A program made the position numbers and the translations under genes. A stretch of DNA of 64,000 nt. Origin: Auanema rhodensis. Its lineage: Eukaryota > Animalia > Nematoda. Under the pieces are notes generated by a model. It was not told where the DNA came from. It saw only the letters and a list, made by a program, of their open reading frames with translations, and searched no databases. Positions within the stretch are counted from its first letter, which is position 1, and the number at the start of each line of letters is the position of its first letter. Positions 1-9,842 of the stretch are shown here, one piece after another. The stretch covers positions 17,732,001-17,796,000 of the forward strand of contig OZ059900.1 in assembly GCA_964057225.1 (NCBI GenBank). The letters are read 5' to 3'.

Positions 1-254
1 AATCGATTTAATCAATATTAGCCATAAGGGGCGTGCCCTCAGAATATGCTAATTTCCTTAATTTTCTAACCCCTGTATTGTTGTCGTTAAAGTGGAACTA
101 GACGTTGTAGGAACAATTTTGAGCTAGGTTTCAAATTTCCAAAAACTGGTTTTCCAGCATAATAAAATATTTCTCATGGGAAATACTGTGTTTTTGTATT
201 TTTCTAGTGTTCAGCATGTAAAATGCTTCATTTTAGTATGTAACACGCTGAAAT
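1..254 (-). repeat. Satellite block, minus orientation, containing the 58-bp-deleted monomer
   Basis: GGGGCGTGCCCTC orientation. GCTAGGTTTC joins directly to AAATTTCC at 132/133 (58 bp missing). Ends at the AAAT junction 251-254. Confidence 0.95.
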
Positions 255-1413
255 ACAAAAACACAGTATTTCCCATGAGAAATATTTTATTATGCTGGAA
301 AACCAGTTTTTGGAAATTTCGCTGTAAACAAGGTTTTGACTTACGATTTCATGTGTTCAAACTCATGCAATGTCAATGAAACCTAGCTCAAAATTGTTCG
401 TACAACGTCTAGTTCCACTTTCACGACAAAAAAACAGGGGTTAGAAAATTAAGGAAATTAGCATATTCTGAGGGCACGCCCCTTATGGCTAATATTGATT
501 AAATCGATTTTTGTTCATATGAGTCGTCAAATGCAACTAATTTCAGCGTGTTACATACTAAAATGAAGCATTTTACATGCTGAACACTAGAAAAATACAA
601 AAACACAGTATTTCCCATGAGAAATATTTTATTATGCTGGAAAACCAGTTTTTGGAAATTTCGCTGTAAACAAGGTTTTGACTTACGATTTCATGTGTTC
701 AAACTCATGCAATGTCAATGAAACCTAGCTCAAAATTGTTCCTACAACGTCTAGTTCCACTTTCACGACAAAAAACAGGGGTTAGAAAATTAAGGAAATT
801 AGCATATTCTGAGGGCACGCCCCTTATGGCTAATATTGATTAAATCGATTTTTGTTCATATGAGTCGTCAAATGCAACGAATTTCAGCGTGTTACATACT
901 AAAATGAAGCATTTTACATGCTGAACACTAGAAAAATACAAAAACACAGTATTTCCCATGAGAAATATTTTATTATGCTGGAAAACCAGTTTTTGGAAAT
1001 TTCGCTGTAAACAAGGTTTTGACTTACGATTTCATGTGTTCAAACTCATGCAATGTCAATGAAACCTAGCTCAAAATTGTTCCTACAACGTCTAGTTCCA
1101 CTTTCACGACAACAAAACAGGGGTTAGAAAATTAAGGAAATTAGCATATTCTGAGGGCACGCCCCTTATGGCTAATATTGATTAAATCGATTTTTGTTCA
1201 TATGAGTCGTCAAATGCAACGAATTTCAGCGTGTTACATACTAAAATGAAGCATTTCACATGCTGAACACTAGAAAAATACAAAAACACAGTATTTCCTA
1301 TGAGAAATATTTTATTATGCTGGAAAACCAGTTTTTTGAAATTTCGCTGTAAACAAGGTTTTGACTTACGATTTCATGTGTTCAAACTCATGCAATGTCA
1401 ATGAAACCTAGCT
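251..1413 (+). repeat. Satellite block, plus orientation (~3.4 monomers)
   Basis: GAGGGCACGCCCC orientation from AAATACAAAAAC (251) to GAAACCTAGCT (1413). Confidence 0.95.
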
Positions 1414-1423
1414 TTTTTTCTTT

Positions 1424-2642
1424 TTTTCTAACCCCTGTTTTTTTGTCGTGAAAGTGGAACTAGACGTTGTGCGAACAATTTTGAGCTAGGTTTCATTGAC
1501 ATTGCATGAGTTTGAACACATGAAATCGTAAGTCAAAACCTTGTTTACAGCGAAATTTCCAAAAACTGGTTTTCCAGCATGATAAAATATTTCTCATGGG
1601 AAATACTGTGTTTTTGTATTTTTCTAGTGTTCAGCATGTAAAATGCTTCATTTTAGTATGTAACACGCTGAAATTCGTTGCATTTGACGACTCATATGAA
1701 CAAAAATCGATTTAATCAATATTAGCCATAAGGGGCGTGCCCTCAGAATATGCTAATTTCCTTAATTTTCTAACCCCTGTTTTTTTGTCGTGAAAGTGGA
1801 ACTAGACGTTGTACAAACAATTTTGAGCTAGGTTTCATTGACATTGCATGAGTTTGAACACATGAAATCGTAAGTCAAAACCTTGTTTACAGCGAAATTT
1901 CCAAAAACTGGTTTTCCAGCATGATAAAATATTTCTCATGGGAAATACTGTGTTTTTGTATTTTTCTAGTGTTCAGCATGTAAAATGCTTCATTTTAGTA
2001 TGTAACACGCTGAAATTCGTTGCATTTGACGACTCATATGAACAAAAATCGATTTAATCAATATTAGCCATAAGGGGCGTGCCCTCAGAATATGCTAATT
2101 TCCTTAATTTTCTACCCCCTGTTTTTTTGTCGTGAAAGTGGAACTAGACGTTGTACAAACAATTTTGAGCTAGGTTTCATTGACATTGCATGAGTTTGAA
2201 CACATGAAATCGTAAGTCAAAACCTTGTTTACAGCGAAATTTCCAAAAACTGGTTTTCCAGCATAATAAAATATTTCTCATGAGAAATACTGTGTTTTTG
2301 TATTTTTCTAGTGTTCAGCATGTGAAATGCTTCATTTTAGTATGTAACACGCTGAAATTCGTTGCATTTGACGACTCATATGAACAAAAATCGATTTAAT
2401 CAATATTAGCCATAAGGGGCGTGCCCTCAGAATATGCTAATTTCCTTAATTTTCTAACCCCTGTATTGTTGTCGTTAAAGTGGAACTAGACGTTGTAGGA
2501 ACAATTTTGAGCTAGGTTTCAAATTTCCAAAAACTGGTTTTCCAGCATAATAAAATATTTCTCATGGGAAATACTGTGTTTTTGTATTTTTCTAGTGTTC
2601 AGCATGTAAAATGCTTCATTTTAGTATGTAACACGCTGAAAT
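1424..2642 (-). repeat. Satellite block, minus orientation (~3.6 monomers; last monomer carries the 58-bp deletion at 2520/2521)
   Basis: Starts TTTTCTAACCCCTG after a 10-nt filler (1414-1423). Ends at ACGCTGAAAT (AAAT 2639-2642). Confidence 0.95.
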
Positions 2643-3047
2643 ACAAAAACACAGTATTTCCCATGAGAAATATTTTATTATGCTGGAAAACCAGTTTTTG
2701 GAAATTTCGCTGTAAACAAGGTTTTGACTTACGATTTCATGTGTTCAAACTCATGCAATGTCAATGAAACCTAGCTCAAAATCGTTCGTACAACGTCTAG
2801 TTCCACTTTCACGACAAAAAAACAGGGGTTAGAAAATTAAGGAAATTAGCATATTCTGAGGGCACGCCCCTTATGGCTAATATTGATTAAATCGATTTTT
2901 GTTCATATGAGTCGTCAAATGCAACGAATTTCAGCGTGTTACATACTAAAATGAAGCATTTTACATGCTGAACACTAGAAAAATACAAAAACACAGTATT
3001 TCCCATGAGAAATATTTTATTATGCTGGAAAACCAGTTTTTGGAAAT
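2639..3047 (+). repeat. Satellite block, plus orientation, truncated by the gap
   Basis: Same junction as 251-254, 2388 bp downstream. Runs to the first N. Confidence 0.95.
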
Positions 3048-3247
3048 NNNNNNNNNNNNNNNNNNNNNNNNNNNNNNNNNNNNNNNNNNNNNNNNNNNNN
3101 NNNNNNNNNNNNNNNNNNNNNNNNNNNNNNNNNNNNNNNNNNNNNNNNNNNNNNNNNNNNNNNNNNNNNNNNNNNNNNNNNNNNNNNNNNNNNNNNNNNN
3201 NNNNNNNNNNNNNNNNNNNNNNNNNNNNNNNNNNNNNNNNNNNNNNN
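3048..3247. other. Assembly gap (exactly 200 N; placeholder of unknown true size)
   Basis: 200 consecutive N. The monomer phase on each side would need 176+342n bp for a collinear fill, not 200. Confidence 0.99.
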
Positions 3248-6200
3248 ATTGATTAAATCGATTTTTGTTCATATGAGTCGTCAAATGCAACGAATTTCAG
3301 CGTGTTACATACTAAAATGAAGCATTTTACATGCTGAACACTAGAAAAATACAAAAACACAGTATTTCCCATGAGAAATATTTTATTATGCTGGAAAACC
3401 AGTTTTTGGAAATTTCGCTGTAAACAAGGTTTTGACTTACGATTTCATGTGTTCAAACTCATGCAATGTCAATGAAACCTAGCTCAAAATTGTTCGTACA
3501 ACGTCTAGTTCCACTTTCACGACAAAAAAACAGGGGTTAGAAAATTAAGGAAATTAGCATATTCTGAGGGCACGCCCCTTATGGCTAATATTGATTAAAT
3601 CGATTTTTGTTCATATGAGTCGTCAAATGCAACGAATTTCAGCGTGTTACATACTAAAATGAAGCATTTTACATGCTGAACACTAGAAAAATACAAAAAC
3701 ACAGTATTTCTCATGAGAAATATTTTACTATGCTGGAAAACCAGTTTTTGGAAATTTCGCTGTAAACAAGGTTTTGACTTACGATTTCATGTGTTCAAAC
3801 TCATGCAATGTCAATGAAACCTAGCTCAAAATTGTTTGTACAACGTCTAGTTCCACTTTCACGACAAAAAAACAGGGGTTAGAAAATTAAGGAAATTAGC
3901 ATATTCTGAGGGCACGCCCCTTATGGCTAATATTGATTAAATCGATTTTTGTTCATATGAGTCGTCAAATGCAACGAATTTCAGCGTGTTACATACTAAA
4001 ATGAAGCATTTTACATGCTGAACACTAGAAAAATACAAAAACACAGTATTTCCCATGAGAAATATTTTATTATGCTGGAAAAGCAGTTTTTGGAAATTTC
4101 GCTGTAAACAAGGTTTTGACTTACGATTTCATGTGTTCAAACTCATGCAATGTCAATGAAACCTAGCTCAAAATTGTTCGTACAACGTCTAGTTCCACTT
4201 TCACGACAAAAAAACAGGGGTTAGAAAATTAAGGAAATTAGCATATTCTGAGGGCACGCCCCTTATGGCTAATATTGATTAAATCGATTTTTGTTCATAT
4301 GAGTCGTCAAATGCAACGAATTTCAGCGTGTTACATACTAAAATGAAGCATTTTACATGCTGAACACTAGAAAAATACAAAAACACAGTATTTCCCATGA
4401 GAAATATTTTATTATGCTGGAAAACCAGTTTTTGGAAATTTCGCTGTAAACAAGGTTTTGACTTACGATTTCATGTGTTCAAACTCATGCAATGTCAATG
4501 AAACCTAGCTCAAAATTGTTCGTACAACGTCTAGTTCCACTTTCACGACAAAAAAACAGGGGTTAGAAAATTAAGGAAATTAGCATATTCTGAGGGCACG
4601 CCCCTTATGGCTAATATTGATTAAATCGATTTTTGTTCATATGAGTCGTCAAATGCAACGAATTTCAGCGTGTTACATACTAAAATGAAGCATTTTACAT
4701 GCTGAACACTAGAAAAATACAAAAACACAGTATTTCTCATGAGAAATATTTTACTATGCTGGAAAACCAGTTTTTGGAAATTTCGCTGTAAACAAGGTTT
4801 TGACTTACGATTTCATGTGTTCAAACTCATGCAATGTCAATGAAACCTAGCTCAAAATTGTTTGTACAACGTCTAGTTCCACTTTCACGACAAAAAAACA
4901 GGGGTTAGAAAATTAAGGAAATTAGCATATTCTGAGGGCACGCCCCTTATGGCTAATATTGATTAAATCGATTTTTGTTCATATGAGTCGTCAAATGCAA
5001 CGAATTTCAGCGTGTTACATACTAAAATGAAGCATTTTACATGCTGAACACTAGAAAAATACAAAAACACAGTATTTCCCATGAGAAATATTTTATTATG
5101 CTGGAAAAGCAGTTTTTGGAAATTTCGCTGTAAACAAGGTTTTGACTTACGATTTCATGTGTTCAAACTCATGCAATGTCAATGAAACCTAGCTCAAAAT
5201 TGTTCGTACAACGTCTAGTTCCACTTTCACGACAAAAAAACAGGGGTTAGAAAATTAAGGAAATTAGCATATTCTGAGGGCACGCCCCTTATGGCTAATA
5301 TTGATTAAATCGATTTTTGTTCATATGAGTCGTCAAATGCAACGAATTTCAGCGTGTTACATACTAAAATGAAGCATTTTACATGCTGAACACTAGAAAA
5401 ATACAAAAACACAGTATTTCTCATGAGAAATATTTTATTATGCTGGAAAACCAGTTTTTGGAAATTTCGCTGTAAACAAGGTTTTGACTTACGATTTCAT
5501 GTGTTCAAACTCATGCAATGTCAATGAAACCTAGCTCAAAATTGTTTGTACAACGTCTAGTTCCACTTTCACGACAAAAAAACAGGGGTTAGAAAATTAA
5601 GGAAATTAGCATATTCTGAGGGCACGCCCCTTATGGCTAATATTGATTAAATCGATTTTTGTTCATATGAGTCGTCAAATGCAACGAATTTCAGCGTGTT
5701 ACATACTAAAATGAAGCATTTTACATGCTGAACACTAGAAAAATACAAAAACACAGTATTTCTCATGAGAAATATTTTATTATGCTGGAAAACCAGTTTT
5801 TGGAAATTTCGCTGTAAACAAGGTTTTGACTTACGATTTCATGTGTTCAAACTCATGCAATGTCAATGAAACCTAGCTCAAAATTGTTTGTACAACGTCT
5901 AGTTCCACTTTCACGACAAAAAAACAGGGGGTAGAAAATTAAGGAAATTAGCATATTCTGAGGGCACGCCCCTTATGGCTAATATTGATTAAATCGATTT
6001 TTGTTCATATGAGTCGTCAAATGCAACGAATTTCAGCGTGTTACATACTAAAATGAAGCATTTTACATGCTGAACACTAGAAAAATACAAAAACACAGTA
6101 TTTCCCATGAGAAATATTTTATCATGCTGGAAAACCAGTTTTTGGAAATTTCGCTGTAAACAAGGTTTTGACTTACGATTTCATGTGTTCAAACTCATGC

Positions 6201-6622
6201 AATGTCAATGAAACCTAGCTCAAAATTGTTTGTACAACGTCTAGTTCCACTTTCACGACAAAAAAACAGGGGTTAGAAAATTAAGGAAATTAGCATATTC
6301 TGAGGGCACGCCCCTTATGGCTAATATTGATTAAATCGATTTTTGTTCATATGAGTCGTCAAATGCAACGAATTTCAGCGTGTTACATACTAAAATGAAG
6401 CATTTTACATGCTGAACACTAGAAAAATACAAAAACACAGTATTTCCCATGAGAAATATTTTATCATGCTGGAAAACCAGTTTTTGGAAATTTCGCTGTA
6501 AACAAGGTTTTGACTTACGATTTCATGTGTTCAAACTCATGCAATGTCAATGAAACCTAGCTCAAAATTGTTCGCACAACGTCTAGTTCCACTTTCACGA
6601 CAAAAAAACAGGGGTTAGAAAA
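3248..6622 (+). repeat. Satellite block, plus orientation (~10 monomers; includes a 3-mer duplication)
   Basis: Period 342. Variants TTTACTATG (3728, 4754) and AAAGCAG (4083, 5109) recur at 1026 bp. Confidence 0.95.
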
Positions 6623-6632
6623 AAAGAAAAAA

Positions 6633-7454
6633 AGCTAGGTTTCATTGACATTGCATGAGTTTGAACACATGAAATCGTAAGTCAAAACCTTGTTTACAGC
6701 GAAATTTCAAAAAACTGGTTTTCCAGCATAATAAAATATTTCTCATAAGAAATACTGTGTTTTTGTATTTTTCTAGTGTTCAGCATGTGAAATGCTTCAT
6801 TTTAGTATGTAACACGCTGAAATTCGTTGCATTTGACGACTCATATGAACAAAAATCGATTTAATCAATATTAGCCATAAGGGGCGTGCCCTCAGAATAT
6901 GCTAATTTCCTTAATTTTCTAACCCCTGTTTTGTTGTCGTGAAAGTGGAACTAGACGTTGTAGGAACAATTTTGAGCTAGGTTTCATTGACATTGCATGA
7001 GTTTGAACACATGAAATCGTAAGTCAAAACCTTGTTTACAGCGAAATTTCCAAAAACTGGTTTTCCAGCATAATAAAATATTTCTCATGGGAAATACTGT
7101 GTTTTTGTATTTTTCTAGTGTTCAGCATGTAAAATGCTTCATTTTAGTATGTAACACGCTGAAATTCGTTGCATTTGACGACTCATATGAACAAAAATCG
7201 ATTTAATCAATATTAGCCATAAGGGGCGTGCCCTCAGAATATGCTAATTTCCTTAATTTTCTAACCCCTGTTTTTTTGTCGTGAAAGTGGAACTAGACGT
7301 TGTACGAACGATTTTGAGCTAGGTTTCATTGACATTGCATGAGTTTGAACACATGAAATCGTAAGTCAAAACCTTGTTTACAGCGAAATTTCCAAAAACT
7401 GGTTTTCCAGCATAATAAAATATTTCTCATGGGAAATACTGTGTTTTTGTATTT
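6633..7454 (-). repeat. Inverted satellite insert 1 (822 bp)
   Basis: Begins AGCTAGGTTTC after filler AAAGAAAAAA (6623-6632). Ends at the ATTT microhomology 7451-7454. Confidence 0.95.
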
Positions 7455-8669
7455 CAGCGTGTTACATACTAAAATGAACCATTTTACATGCTGAACACTA
7501 GAAAAATACAAAAACACAGTATTTCCCATGAGAAATATTTTATTATGCTGGAAAACCAGTTTTTGGAAATTTGAAACCTAGCTCAAAATTGTTCCTACAA
7601 CGTCTAGTTCCACTTTAACGACAACAATACAGGGGTTAGAAAATTAAGGAAATTAGCATATTCTGAGGGCACGCCCCTTATGGCTAATATTGATTAAATC
7701 GATTTTTGTTCATATGAGTCGTCAAATGCAACGAATTTCAGCGTGTTACATACTAAAATGAAGCATTTCACATGCTGAACACTAGAAAAATACAAAAACA
7801 CAGTATTTCTCATGAGAAATATTTTATTATGCTGGAAAACCAGTTTTTGGAAATTTCGCTGTAAACAAGGTTTTGACTTACGATTTCATGTGTTCAAACT
7901 CATGCAATGTCAATGAAACCTAGCTCAAAATTGTTTGTACAACGTCTAGTTCCACTTTCACGACAAAAAAACAGGGGGTAGAAAATTAAGGAAATTAGCA
8001 TATTCTGAGGGCACGCCCCTTATGGCTAATATTGATTAAATCGATTTTTGTTCATATGAGTCGTCAAATGCAACGAATTTCAGCGTGTTACATACTAAAA
8101 TGAAGCATTTTACATGCTGAACACTAGAAAAATACAAAAACACAGTATTTCCCATGAGAAATATTTTATCATGCTGGAAAACCAGTTTTTGGAAATTTCG
8201 CTGTAAACAAGGTTTTGACTTACGATTTCATGTGTTCAAACTCATGCAATGTCAATGAAACCTAGCTCAAAATTGTTTGTACAACGTCTAGTTCCACTTT
8301 CACGACAAAAAAACAGGGGTTAGAAAATTAAGGAAATTAGCATATTCTGAGGGCACGCCCCTTATGGCTAATATTGATTAAATCGATTTTTGTTCATATG
8401 AGTCGTCAAATGCAACGAATTTCAGCGTGTTACATACTAAAATGAAGCATTTTACATGCTGAACACTAGAAAAATACAAAAACACAGTATTTCCCATGAG
8501 AAATATTTTATCATGCTGGAAAACCAGTTTTTGGAAATTTCGCTGTAAACAAGGTTTTGACTTACGATTTCATGTGTTCAAACTCATGCAATGTCAATGA
8601 AACCTAGCTCAAAATTGTTCGCACAACGTCTAGTTCCACTTTCACGACAAAAAAACAGGGGTTAGAAAA
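7451..8669 (+). repeat. Satellite block, plus orientation, first monomer with the 58-bp deletion (7572/7573)
   Basis: TTGGAAATTT joined to GAAACCTAGC. Ends at GGGGTTAGAAAA. Confidence 0.95.
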
Positions 8670-8679
8670 AAAGAAAAAA

Positions 8680-9842
8680 AGCTAGGTTTCATTGACATTG
8701 CATGAGTTTGAACACATGAAATCGTAAGTCAAAACCTTGTTTACAGCGAAATTTCAAAAAACTGGTTTTCCAGCATAATAAAATATTTCTCATAGGAAAT
8801 ACTGTGTTTTTGTATTTTTCTAGTGTTCAGCATGTGAAATGCTTCATTTTAGTATGTAACACGCTGAAATTCGTTGCATTTGACGACTCATATGAACAAA
8901 AATCGATTTAATCAATATTAGCCATAAGGGGCGTGCCCTCAGAATATGCTAATTTCCTTAATTTTCTAACCCCTGTTTTGTTGTCGTGAAAGTGGAACTA
9001 GACGTTGTAGGAACAATTTTGAGCTAGGTTTCATTGACATTGCATGAGTTTGAACACATGAAATCGTAAGTCAAAACCTTGTTTACAGCGAAATTTCCAA
9101 AAACTGGTTTTCCAGCATAATAAAATATTTCTCATGGGAAATACTGTGTTTTTGTATTTTTCTAGTGTTCAGCATGTAAAATGCTTCATTTTAGTATGTA
9201 ACACGCTGAAATTCGTTGCATTTGACGACTCATATGAACAAAAATCGATTTAATCAATATTAGCCATAAGGGGCGTGCCCTCAGAATATGCTAATTTCCT
9301 TAATTTTCTAACCCCTGTTTTTTGTCGTGAAAGTGGAACTAGACGTTGTAGGAACAATTTTGAGCTAGGTTTCATTGACATTGCATGAGTTTGAACACAT
9401 GAAATCGTAAGTCAAAACCTTGTTTACAGCGAAATTTCCAAAAACTGGTTTTCCAGCATAATAAAATATTTCTCATGGGAAATACTGTGTTTTTGTATTT
9501 TTCTAGTGTTCAGCATGTAAAATGCTTCATTTTAGTATGTAACACGCTGAAATTAGTTGCATTTGACGACTCATATGAACAAAAATCGATTTAATCAATA
9601 TTAGCCATAAGGGGCGTGCCCTCAGAATATGCTAATTTCCTTAATTTTCTAACCCCTGTTTTTTTGTCGTGAAAGTGGAACTAGACGTTGTACGAACAAT
9701 TTTGAGCTAGGTTTCATTGACATTGCATGAGTTTGAACACATGAAATCGTAAGTCAAAACCTTGTTTACAGCGAAATTTCCAAAAACTGGTTTTCCAGCA
9801 TAATAAAATATTTCTCATGGGAAATACTGTGTTTTTGTATTT
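8680..9842 (-). repeat. Inverted satellite insert 2 (1163 bp; insert 1 plus one 341-bp monomer)
   Basis: Same two junction sequences as insert 1 (filler 8670-8679; ATTT 9839-9842). Confidence 0.95.

Noticed and set aside
2961-3290. ORFs of 83-109 aa
   Set aside because: They consist mostly of the N gap.
3533-3540. Telomere-like GGGGTTAG in each monomer
   Set aside because: One isolated copy per monomer, never tandem. Compatible with chance.
6623-6632. A-rich filler as a retrotransposon poly(A) remnant, or inverted arms as MITE terminal repeats
   Set aside because: No element body or target-site duplication. The arms are ordinary satellite sequence.
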